Shown: positions 37,401 through 50,466 of the stretch, piece by piece
Layout: the number at the start of each line of letters is the position of its first letter
How positions within the stretch are numbered: position 1 is the stretch's first letter
Source of the DNA: Mytilus edulis
Taxonomy: Eukaryota
Direction of reading: 5' to 3'
NCBI RefSeq assembly: GCF_963676685.1
Contig: NC_092347.1
Location: 2,914,001 to 2,978,000, forward strand
Length of the DNA: 64,000 bases
Made by a program: the position numbers and the translations under genes
The notes under the pieces: model-generated
Told to the model about the DNA's origin: nothing
Database searches by the model: none
What the model saw: only the letters and a program-made list of their open reading frames with translations

Positions 37401-37464
37401 GAATTTTATTTGTACATAGAATTATTCATTAAATTTGAAGAATTGCCGTAGCCGTGTGATATGA

Positions 37465-37920
37465 CTTTTGTTATCAACTGCTTCCGGTTTATATCAACTG
37501 CTTCCGTTTCATATCAACAGCTTCCGGTTATAACCGCATGATTTGCTGTTACGTTATTGCATGACATTTCGACGTCATTCAGCAAATTCAGGAAAATATA
37601 ACATAATGGAATTTATTTTTTGTGTGTAAACCACAACAAAGTTGGATAAAAAGAAAATATTAGGAATCAGGAAAATAGATTATAAAAAATGAAAAACAAA
37701 TATTTAAACAAAAGCATTTTTTCAAAGTTATACAAATAGTTTTTGTCTGTATGTCTTCTGTTGGAGTATATGATAAAAAGAACATAACATGTCATTTTTC
37801 ATATCAGACTCCTTATCAGCCCACGATGAAAATCATCCCGCGAGCCTGTCGGCTCTCCGGCTGATATCATGACCTAGGGCTGATAAGGGGTTTGATATGA
37901 AAAATGTAATTTTATAATCT
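37465..37920. mobile_element. Long-palindrome element (palindrome 37793-37906)
   Basis: Arms CATTTTTCATATCAGACTCCTTATCAGCCC / GGGCTGATAAGGGGTTTGATATGAAAAATG around a central GAGCC..GGCTC; three ATCAACWGCTTCCG repeats at 37473-37529. Confidence 0.65.
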
Positions 37921-39669
37921 ATAATATCACATCTTATGTGTTATAAATAGTACGAAAAGTATAACTTAAAGAGACGATAAACATTTGCATATCCCACGTC
38001 TCAATTATTCATTAGTATGACGTACAGAACCACAGTTACAAATTAAGGTTATGATTGCCTACTTTTAACCTTGATATAAGGTGGATTACGTTGTCCAATA
38101 AACTCAATGCAATCTTTCCGAAATTGTAATGATGGTAATGAAATGTTGTAGGTAGACATATTATATTATCAACAGTCAGCTATTAGAACATAGTGGGTGT
38201 CTGCATTTTTACTGCATGTTATCCGATCGGACTAAATCAAATACGATCATATTAATTTATATCGTTTTTGTTTGACCTAAATGGCAAAATGCAAGTATCA
38301 AGATATATGTATAGAAGTTGTCAGAATAGTCATCATAATCCAAGTATTTTATTTTCGTGTGGAAATGTTTGGTGCATTCCTTATTGATTACCGAACAGTG
38401 GTTTATGAATGTCCTAGTGTACACAATCAAAAAACGGACGCAATCATCTGAGTCGCTTTTTTTAAAGTTTAATCCACCATTATCTATGAAAATGCTTGTA
38501 CCAAGTCAGGAATATGACAGTTGTTGTCCATTCGCTTGATGTGTTTTATCATTGATTTTGCCATTTGATTAGAGACGTTCCGTTGGAATTTTCCTCGGAG
38601 TTAAGCATTTTTTGTGATTTTACTTTTTTCATAAGAATACAACTTTGTTTGATTTTAAATAACATAGTGCAGTCGACTGCAACATTATTTGATTTTTTTA
38701 TAAACAAATTGTTATATATATTTTTTATTGCAATTTCGATTTAAAAACGCAGTTATTCATTTTCCAAAGAAAGGTGATAGGCAATGCGAGGTAACTCTAT
38801 ATGACTACTTTAAGTAGTCAACGTATTTTTGTTATTGCAATACCTATATAAATACGATAATATATCTTAAAATAATAATTTAAACAAGTTTATCAAATTG
38901 TATCACAATATTTCAATGAACATTCAGTAGAAACCCTTTAAGTCATATTTCCATATGTTATAAAATTATTTATGATCAGAGTTTACAGTGTATTAAAGGC
39001 TTAAATCACTTTTTATTATACATCAAACGTTTCCATAAGTATATATCCCGGAAATTGATAGCTTAAATTTCATATAATAATTTTCTTATATATAAAGATC
39101 TGCTGCTTACTATGAACTCATTTAAACAAGCTGTCAACATCAAACATTCCCAAATTATTTTTTTTCTAATTTCCTTGGCATTCTACAGCTGTTATAAGCA
39201 CATCAAAAGTTAATACCAAAAAATTGTCCATGCAACATTGAAATTTGTGTTTTACAACGTTTTACCGTAATGTTTTTTCTATAACATATTAAACAAGAAT
39301 TTTCACAAAGATGAGAAACAATTCTGTCACTTTTCAAAGCTGTTAATCATTTTAAAAAATTGAAACAGAATTAAAAAACGCAATGCATTTCAACACGAAT
39401 TTGTTTTTTAAATAATACTACTATCCTGTCATATCCATGGATACATATTTCATATTTTTCAGATAATAGAGAAAAACAAATTAGAATACATATCTGAAAT
39501 AAAATTGGATAATTCGATTTAACATATTTACAACAACAAACAGATAGGTTACACAAACATAAAAATTTGATGGTGCAATTTAACGACAAAATAAGAAAAC
39601 GTAGCTATAAAGACATATATACATATCACTGTTAATATAACAAAAATAAATCACATTCGAGGTCGTCAT

Positions 39670-40475
39670 AAAGAAAGGCAACAGTAGTATACCGCTGTTC
39701 AAAACTCATAAATCCATGGACAAAAAACAAAATCGGGGTAACAAACTAAAACTGAGGGAAACGCATTAAATATAAGAGAACAACGACACGACATTAAAAT
39801 GTAACAAACACAGAAACGGACTAAGCATAAGACAAAATCCTATGAGAAAAACAAATATAACATCAAAACCAAATACATGAATTTGGGATAGATAAGTACC
39901 GTGACACGTCTTATAGTAATGTGAATTCACACACAAAAATAAGAGAAAAAAAACGACACAACAGAAACACAACGTTAAAATATAACACACACATAAACGA
40001 ACTATAATATAACAATGGCCATATTCCTGAATTGGTACAGGAAATTTTTAAAAGAAAAAATGGTGGGCTGAACCTGGTTTTGTGGAATGCCAAACCTCGC
40101 ACTTTAATTGCAATGTTTTATATAATATTAAAATGACAACATAATATTACAGGACTACAATACGAATATATAAGAGAACGTATTATGCAAAGAAACACAT
40201 GAATAATAGATAACAAAAGGCATCAGGTTTAAAATTCAATACGCCAAAAACGCGCCTCGTCCACACAAGACTTACCAGTGACGCCTAGATATAAAAGTTC
40301 GAAAGGAAAAAAAAGTTCAATGTTGTACAGCACTGAGGATCAAAATTTGAAAAAGGTTGTGCCAAATAAGGCTAGGATTTTCTGCTTGTGATAAGAACAT
40401 CCTTATTATTTAGAACAATTTATGCTATTGAAAACAGTAAATTTTACAAATGAATATCAAAGATATACATGATAA
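39670..40475 (-). mobile_element. Composite TW-d element: RZ-355-like 5' part with decayed hammerhead, then twister variant (~40016-40110), then 3' tail
   Basis: 40220-40475 aligns to RZ-355. Minus strand GUGC-GAGGU-UUGGCAUUCCA-CAA-AACCAGGUU-CAG-CCC-AC-CAUUUUU..CCUG-UACCAAUU-CAGG-A. The 3' end ..GGTATACTACTGTTGCCTTT also occurs at 18560-18621 (+) and 40890-40985 (-). Confidence 0.72.
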
Positions 40476-43400
40476 AACTGAAGTCATAACTAATTACAGA
40501 AAGTCGTTTCCTCCCATTTTGAAAATAAAACTCAAGCAATTGTTTGTTACTCTTATGAATTGTATGACATTCTATCATACGGGGCCTTATAAAGCTTAAT
40601 GTACGGTATATATTTTTATATGTTAAATGTCTTACTGTAAGGCATAAAACACAATAGTGTATTTCCTGTTGCATGTTATTCAATATGTTCAAATAAAGTG
40701 AGGGAAATATGCATTTTGTAGAATACAAATTGTTATTATATGAAACTAAGTATGTCAATACTATACATTATATCATGTACAAACAATCAATCGTAATTTT
40801 TCTATTTGACTAGGGACTTTCCTTTTTGAATTTTCCTCGGAGTTCAGTATTTTTGTGATTTTACTTTTTTTCATCCAGGCATTGTAGGCATAAAAAGGCA
40901 ACTTTTCAAAAATCATAAATCGATTGAGAGAAAACGTATCCCGGTTACAAACTAAGACTGATGTAAACACATCAAATATAAGAGGCATCATATTAAAGAC
41001 ATCTTTAGTGTTTTTCTAGTTCCAGTTCAGAGAAGAGTTTTCGGAGATATCTCTTGATGTTGTCAATTTTTGATTCTGACACTATATCCAAAGAAGAGAA
41101 TAATTTATCCTTTGAGTGAAGTCGCGACAATGTGCTCTTCAAAGCCTCGGACTACTTTTCTCAGCGTTTTCTGTTTCAGTTTTTTCTTTCAGTTTCTTTC
41201 AAGTCAGCAATACTAGTTTGGTTTCGATTTCAGCTTTAACAGATGTTCTTAGGAGACACATTTGTAAAACAAAATGTCAGATGCTCATAATTCTCTCATC
41301 TATGCTATTATCTTTATTAGTGTAGCAATGACTAGGAGTCTAACTTCTAAGGATGAATATATCTAGATTTAGCGTTCTGAATAAACATATTGTTGCAATC
41401 AACACTCTCGATAGTATTGCGTTGGTCAGCTCCTGTGTATGTGTTTGTCATTAGTTTGGAGGTATTGACCCCCGAACACAAATCATTTTTCAAGTGCAGC
41501 ACCATGCCTAAAAGGGAAAGATGTCTAAAAAGTAGCATTATTTACAATCCTGGTATCTTGGTCGCTAACAACATGAACCAAAGATGTTTCAGAAATGTCA
41601 CACAGCAGTTATACTGGTACCGTGGTGTTAGAAAGTAAAGAGTGAGTTGTGATCTAAAGTAGAACTGACTGTTATCCTCTTACTCTTATAGTATGGTCTG
41701 GATCTACGAAAGTCATATCAGTCTTGTCATCGTAAAAGAGTAGTAGATTTTCCCTTTTATAGCATTGCTCTCTATTTGATATACTTAAACCTAAGCAGTA
41801 CAAAAGGGTTCGTCTTCGTGGCAGATCCTTAAGTTATATTCTCTTAATTTTCTATCTGTCTTTTATATTGGAGGTAAAATCAAAACCCTCTTTATGTTTA
41901 GGTGTGTCAGGGCTAATTATCTGTTTGTTCTTGAAAGGCGTGAGTTCTTTGCTTTCAGTATCATTTATAGATATGAAATCGTAAAATGTAGCAATTCGAG
42001 TCGCCTGTCGTTAGCTATTGCGATATGGTTCTACTTTTTCTGCTAGAGTAACAGAAAGAGTGTCATATGTTGGAATTCGTCTTCCTCTTATACGACCAGT
42101 ATTTCCTAAAAGAAATAAGTATCTCTCTTTCCACTGCAACATCATTGCAGCTATTGATGCAACTAATGTCAATTCCTTTAACACCGTATTCGCCACCGAC
42201 GGTAACACTTAGATGACGTTAATGTGTTTCTCGTTTCTCGTCTTTTTATGTAGATTAGACCGTTGGTTTTCCCGTTTGAATGGTTTTACACTACTGTGGT
42301 TATTTTGGGGCTCTTTATAGCTTGTTGTTCGGTGTGAGCCAAGTCTCCGTGTTGAAGGCCGTACCTTGACCTATAATGGTTTACTTTAATAAATTGTTAT
42401 TTGGATGGACAGTTGTCTCATTGGCACTCACACCACATCTTCTTATATCTATATATACAAAAGAAAAGAAAAGAAATGTAGTGTAACGTTGCCATTTGAA
42501 TTTCAATAAACAATAAACTTTATCTACGAATATATTCTGGAAAAAAATACAACTTTTCTGTCACCACAGATAGTTCTACCAGATTAGATCCAAAGATTAA
42601 ATAAGACGGGTCTTCAAATAATTTCTTTATTGGACGTAATGCAGGTAAAAAGACTATAGTTATCCACAGGAACCAAAATGTAAAAGTTTGTTTTGCGTTA
42701 CATGCCGTGTGTTCACAATAATAAAGGGAGATAATTAGCAAATAGTACCTATGGAGCGCAGTCCACATTTACGGCAGAAGAGTTGCCAGAACAACAACTT
42801 TTATCTTCAGTCAAATTAAGCTTAGATAGAAATCCTCTTATTCAATCTCAAAACTACATGAGCTGATATTTCTTATTTAAATAAAGAAGAACTATTCAAC
42901 ATATTTCAATAAATAAAAATGAAGTTAATGTCAATGTGACAGTATCCTAACAAGAAAAAGACACCTTATGGTCACTATATGGTCCTTAAACAAACATGTC
43001 CCAAAATTGACAAAAGCTTTTAACAATTCTTACATGTAATTTTTCCTAAAATGATAAAAAAGAATAAATAATTTCTACACTCTAAATTACGTACTCATCA
43101 TCAAGTTTCATAGGAAATAAGTTACTACTAAAATGGTTGACTAATATCTGACATAAACAGTACGACAGAGAGTAAGCCATCTCATCAAACTCTTTCTGAA
43201 ATTAGAAGAAAAAAAACATGTTGTTAAAAATACATTCACTTTAAATCCATGTTCCAAAGATACAATAATGTTGATTTTAATTTTACCAGCTATGTTAAGA
43301 CTTGAAGTGGTTTCAGTGTTTCAGTTAAAATCTAAGAATAAACCAGCAATTTTTATAAAAGGGGCACTTTCTTGTCTTATTTTGAAATAAGCTTCACTAT

Positions 43401-46400
43401 TTAAATGTTAAAGATGTGATTTATCATTTCGGCTCCTGTGTTTACTTACATTCTATTGTTGTTTGCTTTTCAATAACTATTCAACACCGTTTATCTTATA
43501 CACAAACTCTTCATCAATAATCAAACTACTGTAAATTCATACTTTTTGCATGCATATATTTTTGTGATTACTAAACAGTCGAATCATATATAAGTATAAC
43601 CATTGAGAAATTGTAAGGGATATTCGGTAAGGTTACAATGGGGATGTTTAAACATAGGTGAATCATTTACAGGGACACTTTAAACAGCTTATATCATAAA
43701 TGAACACGCAATTCTGAGCAGTGATTTCTACTTTTCATGGTAATTGATCACTTCAGTGTTTATAGAAGGTTTTATATTGAAATACAGGTACATCCTCTTC
43801 CAAAAAATAGGGGGAAAAACTTCATGTAGCTCTATATCTTTTACAAGGGAATCGTTTAATCTAAATATCGCCCAACAAATAAGATAAATCTAAAACATCC
43901 ATATATATTTTACAATTGTATTTCTAATATAATGGCAGGTGTATGTGCTTTTATAACTTAAACTATTTTTATATAGTTATGAACATGTATTCGAATGTTT
44001 TAAGTTACACAAGTGTTGAAACTTAAATGAAATATTGAAGTTGAATCTAAATATACATATAAATGTTCCTTCTATATAACATACACCTGTTCCTTATTAA
44101 TATATAATTTATTAATAATATATATTGACTGAAAAGAAATCAAGGGCAGTCAATTTCTGACCTTATGTAATAAATAAAATTAATTAAAGATTCCTTGAAG
44201 TGTATCATATCAACTGTTTATTTATCATTATAATTTATGAGTACAAAGTGACAAGTTATTACAAATATGTGTCAAACTTACGTCTGAACAAATTATTAGT
44301 ATAAATTATAAATCAATTCGCGATATGGTTTATGTTTATCGAAGTATAAATAACGAAAACGTAGCACGTTCTTATTTTTGTGATTTTACTTTTTTCTACA
44401 TAAGGACCGTAATAATATAAGTATGTATACATACGTTTTTTTATATATATTATAGATAAGACCGTTTGTTTTCCTGTTTGAATTGTTTAACACTAGTTAT
44501 TTTGGGGTCCTTCGGTGATTACCAAGGTCCGTGTTGAAGGCCGTATTTAGACCTATAATTATTTAAAATTCGAGACTTGGATGGAGACTTGTCTCATTGA
44601 CACTCATACCACATCTTCTTGTGTCTAGTATACTGATTTTTACTGCATTTTCTTTTAAAACCATAATATATGTGTGCATATGTACATATTACGTCATTTT
44701 AGGTGAGGATAAACAAAGCAAATCCATTACTAGAATCGAACCATGTATAGAGTATACAAAAATTTCATACAACATTTCCAATTGCCCTAAAATTGTAATT
44801 CTGAATAGGTTGTTTTAAGCTGTTAAGCAGTAACTGCAATTTGAACTGCCGTTTTCGTCAAACCGATAAGCTGTGTTCCGCTTTTTGATCGGGTTGTTAT
44901 CTTTTTTGACGCATTTCCCATTTCCATTTTCAATTTTAAAGTAAATATTGCTGTTTTCATCCTTTGGTACATTTCAGCATTTCGACATATATGGAAATAT
45001 AAAAAAAAAATATGTAATTTTGTATTTGTCGCATGAAATATAGGTGACCGTTTTAAAGTGAAAATACAACTAGAGTATTCAAATAAATATACAATTACTA
45101 TAAACAAAGACGTCAACAAAAAAAGTCCATATAGTGGAAACAAGTTATGAGGTTGACAAGCAAAAACACATAGCACACCATTGCAAAACGAATGACAAAA
45201 ATATCTGCAATTCAAACACTTAAGGCAAAATCTAGAATAAGAAAAACAAGCTCTTTCGGAAGCAGGTGTGATCCATTATTTTAATTTCCCACAATTTGGA
45301 AAGTATATAGATGTAGGATTTCAGCTAGCTAGGATAAAACTGTAGTGATAATCATTTGCACCCATCAACCTTGTATTTGGACGTGTGTAAAATGCATCTT
45401 TGGTTGAATCTTTTTTGTTTAAAATATTTGTGACTTATCTTTGTGGTACCCCTTTTTTTGACATTTTGACCTTCTGTGTCTCTTTGTTTTATTCACACGT
45501 TGTTGTAATTATTCATGGAATCTTATGCAACTGTCATATACGTGAGAGGTTTAGCTACATGTAGCTATAGAACCAGGTTTAACCATCATTTTGTACATAC
45601 GAAAATGCCTTTATCATGTCAGGAATATGGCAATGTAAAAGACCAGATATTTCACTAAATAAGACAGAGCAGAACAGCCACTTTTAAAATTTGAGAACAC
45701 CGGAAAACTCATAACATTGGCATATTTCAAAATAAAGAAAACTAAAAAATGCAAACCGGTTAATAACATAAAACCAATAAAAATATCAATCGCTTTGCAG
45801 ATATTTCACATATCCTACCATGGAAAAATCCAGTTTTGAGTCATAAGACATTTGAACACCGCAGTAATGCTTAGGTGTTTTAAAATTATCTTAGCTGTAA
45901 AGATTTGATGTAATTGCGGTTAGGTCATACAGTTATCATATGTCTCCTTTGGTAGTTGTGGGGGAATATCGGTCATTAAATAATATATAAGTACAGCTGA
46001 TTGACACTTAAATTTTCATTCAATTGATATCGTCGTGTTCTTCCTTCTGTAGTAAATCATAAATGTATCTATATACAGAATACCATGATCAAGGTAGGGA
46101 ATTCATCTTATCAAGTCTACATCATCTGGTAAGGGGGAGACCATTTAGATCTTTTGATGGGGATTCGGGGGGTAGGCAGCCGGATTTTTCTATATTGAGG
46201 ACGGTTTTTAATTTACACCTGTTACAATGCCGGGTCATTTTATCGTATGGCTTTTCCGCTTGAGAATTTGTTTTCAATTTTGCGCATATTTTTTTACAGG
46301 CTGATACAATATTTTTTACAGGCTTATACAAGTTATAGGACAGATTATACATTTTTGATATTTACGTTGATAGATGTCAAAATTTGTGTATAGATTATCT

Positions 46401-48034
46401 TATTTGTGTCTATAATTTTAGTCATTTTTGGTTTTATTAGGTCTTTTAGTTATTTATAATTTGAAAACTTTTATTTAGTTTGTCATCGAACGTCACTTAT
46501 TAGACATTTATAGTTGAAATGCACATCTGATGCAATAAAACTTGCACCTTTTTTGTTTACTTGTTATCCTTATTTTTATAATCTCTGGCACCTTTTGGTT
46601 TAACTAGACCATGCAATATCTTTAATTATGTCGTGATTGTAAGAACCGATGCTATAGCCTACAAAACACTAAATATATTCAAAGGACATAGTAAGATAAA
46701 TATTTTTTTAACTTAAAAATCGACTATCATCACTAAAATCTAACATAGTTAATCTGATATTGTTATTTGTAGTTCTTCATGTTAGGGTAAAGTTAATGTG
46801 AGTATAGCTAGTATTTTGGCTTCCGTAAAATTTACGAAGGGAAGATTTCAACTTCTTCATTTGGAACTCTTGGTTTAATAGCTTCATTGTGAGCAGCAAC
46901 CCTCTATCGAGAAAAATCATGACAAAAATCATGGTCAGCTTGACCAGACTAGACCCCAGGCGTTAAAACAAACAAAAAAACCTCTTTGTTAGAGAATGTA
47001 TTATGAGTTTGACTGTCCCTCTGGTATCTTTCACCCCTCTTCTACATAGTTTGAAAAGAGTGCTTAGTTGTCGATTACAATACACATGACATATTTGCCA
47101 CTGAACATTAAGTAAACAATAATCAGTCAATCAATCAAAACATATTAATATATATTTTTCGAATGAAAATGAACAATTTCTTTTACTTTATAAGTGTTGT
47201 AGGTTAAAAAATCATTAAGTTAGTTGATCAAAATGCGCTGATCGAAAGAATATTTTATATTTTTAACTTAGAGGTAAATGGATTTTTATTAATTGTCTGT
47301 ACCTTAGAAACAACAAAGAAGACTTAAGAAAAAGACACTTAGGAAGAAAATTGTGCTAAATTTGGCTGTTCTATTTAATATTGATTTAGTATTTTATGTA
47401 TACTTAATATTAGTTTATACACAGTTATAGCGTATATAAAAGTATTTTACAGTTCACATGTATACTTCAAAGCTTTGGGCGGGTTTAATTACAGGTCGAC
47501 CCTATTATTTTCCTATTTACGGTATTTTCAATTTATGAGGAGCGATCGCATTCATCTGCAGGTAGGCATTTGTAGAAAAAAATTGACAAAATGAGATAAA
47601 TATTGGCCATTTTCTTTCAGGTTTTGAACATATAAACTGATGTATATTTTTTTACCCTAAAATATTCCTAAAATGTTTTGTTTAAATTAGATACGTGGTT
47701 CTAAAGAAGTTGCGGATATAAAATGACAACAGCCTTTGTAGAAATTTCTAAGTCCGTATGTTATGCCATGGAATGTCCAAATTCCGGATGAAACCAGAGT
47801 AAGGTAATTGTGATTGCTTCGGGAAACTAACGAACTATAGGTCGGACAATAAAACTAATTTTAAAAGACCAACTGTTACAGGGATCACAGTATTACCCGT
47901 TTTACGTAGAGTATAAAATATAATTAAAATATTTAAAGATAACTTAAAGATAACTTTTATTTAAAAGCCCTAGTTTCGAACAGCGGCAATGAATAAAAAA
48001 AGTAGAACCACAGTGAGATATACAATTTTTTAAT

Positions 48035-48181
48035 CCTTATTTAGAAGTTGACCATTTATTGTAAGATTTAAACCTTATTTAGAAGTTGACCATTTATTGT
48101 AAGATTTAAACCTTATTTAGAAGTTGACCATTTATTGTAAGATTTTTAAACCTTATTTAGAAGTTGACCATTTATTGTAAG
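48035..48181. repeat. 38-bp tandem repeat x~4
   Basis: CCTTATTTAGAAGTTGACCATTTATTGTAAGATTTAAA at 48035, 48073, 48111 and 48151. Confidence 0.95.
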
Positions 48182-48579
48182 GTTTTTCAGGTTGCTTAAT
48201 ATAATATTTTTATACAAGTTAGAATTTCGTTAAACTTGTGTGCTGTAATGACGGTCACAAGAAACGAATTTTAATTGAAATTTACTATTAGTATGGTATG
48301 TTTGTATCATAGTGAACGTTTAAAGCAAAGGTTTTCAAAAACTCTTTAATCATTTTATTTTTTATTTTGTCGTTTAAGGGTTCGTTGTTTCGTTTTCTTG
48401 TTAAGTGTTTCACATTTTATAATACCGGGGTCTTTTATTGTTGAGTTTTGCTCATTTTTGAAGGCCGTTTGTTCGGTGGCCTCTAGTTGCTTAAATTCAT
48501 ATCATTTGAACTCTGGTAGATATTTTCTCATTGGCAACTATATAAACATCTCTTTATTCTATACGGACTTGGTCACTTA

Positions 48580-49015
48580 GACCCGGCCACATCCACTTGT
48601 ATTTTTGTCCATCGGATGAGTTAAGCCTTTTTCAACTAATTTGTATAGTTCGTTCTTATGTTGTACTGTTATAACACTGTCAGGTTAGGGGAGGGTTGGG
48701 ATCCTGTTACCATGTTTAACCCCGCCATATTATGTATTTATGTGCCTGTCTCAAGTCAAGAGCATGTAATTCAGTGGTTGTCGTTTATTTATGTGTTACA
48801 TATTTGTTTTTCGTTCATTGTTTTATATAAATAAGGCCGTTTGTTTTCTCGTTTGAATTGTTTTACACTGTCATTTCGGGGCCTTTTATAGCTGACTATG
48901 CATTATGGGCTTTGCTCATTGTTGAAGGCCGTACGGTGACAATATTCTGTGTCATTTTGGTCTCTTGGGGTAAGTTGTCTCATTGTCAATCATACCACAT
49001 CTTCTTTTTTTATAT
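48580..49015 (+). mobile_element. TW-b long copy with mutated twister (48675-48776); others 51925-52192 -, 55245-55428 +, 59528-59645 -, 59915-60018 +, 50950-51110 +
   Basis: AGGG-GAGGG-UUGGGAUCCU..ACCAUGUU-UAA-CCCC-GC-CAUAU..AUGUG-CCUG-UCUCAAGU-CAAG-A. Confidence 0.8.
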
Positions 49016-49426
49016 TGAATGTGTATAGGCCTATTATGACTATAACAAATATATCGGAGTTACATTTCTTTGCGTGGTTGTTATTGGCAATTATTTTTGT
49101 TTTATTCTCATACATTCATTTGCTGTCATCCTTGATTTGTCCCTTTGCTCGACTATTGATATTTGCCATTTAACATTAATTATTAAGAAGGATATGTTTT
49201 TTGTCTGAATCAGATTTTTTAGTTTTTCGACACTACGTTTCTAATTAAATTATTTTCAAAATCTAACGCTGTAAGGTTTGGCAAAATCTTGAATCAGAAT
49301 ATTTTATGTCATCTGCTTGACTACAATATTTTTTTAATCAAGTTGAGGATCATAATATTTTTTTAGTCAAAAGCTTTAACCCCTCCTCTCTTGGAGTTAA
49401 ATGGATCCGAAGTTCTTTAACATAAA

Positions 49427-50466
49427 CAGGGCCGTAAATTCGCCGGGCGGAGCGAGGCGAAAACATTTTTGGACCCTTTTTAGACCAAATGTTGTTTTTT
49501 TTAAATCGGGTTTTTTCCCTGTATGCAATGAACCTCCCCTTTTTTGTCTGTTCCAATCGAGCTATTTTAACTTCGCTTCACAGACACAATTTAAAAACCT
49601 TAAACTGAAAATTCATATGTAATTTATTACTCTTAATTTTGATTAAATTCAAATTAATATAAAGTAACACTGTGTGTTTATACTGAAAGTTTTATTTGGT
49701 TAAGCTTTATCAAATGCCAAGGCGATTTTTCTGTGACCGGAGGAATCCTATCTCTTGAGCACTTATATATGCACAAACTTTGTATTTGTTTGGCTTTTTA
49801 ACTGTTTTGATCTGAGCGTCACTGATGAGTCTTATGTAGACGAAACGCGCGTCTGGCGTATTAAATTATAATCCTGGTACTTTTGATATCTATATACCTT
49901 CAATATTGCCAACATTGTCACTTCTATGTATGTGTAGCACCACACAATCTGTTTTCCGTCATTGTCGACCTATTCCAAGTTTGAGAGGCCATAGTTATAC
50001 TTACATTATTAACAAGTTGGTTAGTCTATGCACAAATTATGACGATTCTTCTAGTTGTTAACCATTAAATGTGGCGCAACACTAGGACCAGTGGTCCAGT
50101 TTCACTTAACCTCGCAATTTGCTCCTCAGACTGGTATGGCGAGACTGCAGGATTTTTATTATGCCCGCGAATGAGACACAGGAGAATCCCTTGCTACAAA
50201 ATTGGGGGGAAATTTTTACGTGTACAAAGGAGTTGGGTACCGTTCAGCGATATTCACCAGATTTAAATATCGAACACATCCTGCAATTATGATTAATATG
50301 ATTAATCACCTTGTTGGTCAAATTATTAACCGGTGATATTAAAATAATGCATGATTTTAACCATTTTTTTTTTTATTTTCTGAGGGTTTTTTTTTCGTAT
50401 TTTTTTGTTGGTTAGCCCGCAATAGGAGGCAACTGCCTACATGCCTCCATGTAATTTACGGTCCTA
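49427..50466. mobile_element. MITE with 14-bp TIRs, containing a solo RZ-355 hammerhead fragment (49776-49890)
   Basis: TIRs CAGGGCCGTAAATT / AATTTACGGTCCTA; TSD unclear. Confidence 0.6.

Noticed and set aside
41010-42210. Stop-codon reassignment giving one long ORF
   Set aside because: Stop density in the best frame is not clearly below chance for this AT content, all three stop types occur, and the most protein-like pieces lie in different frames.
48035-48181. CRISPR-like 38-bp repeats (the 48- and 74-bp repeats were also considered)
   Set aside because: Head-to-tail with no unique spacers, no cas genes, eukaryotic context.
48611-48645. C(G/T)GATGAGTT..AAC upstream of the TW-b twister as a hammerhead
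   Set aside because: No GAAA or stem III.
50095-50135. Minus-strand CCAGT-CTGAGGA-GCAAATTGC-GAGG..ACTGG hammerhead look-alike
   Set aside because: GAGG instead of GAAA and no stem III or NUH triplet; single copy.
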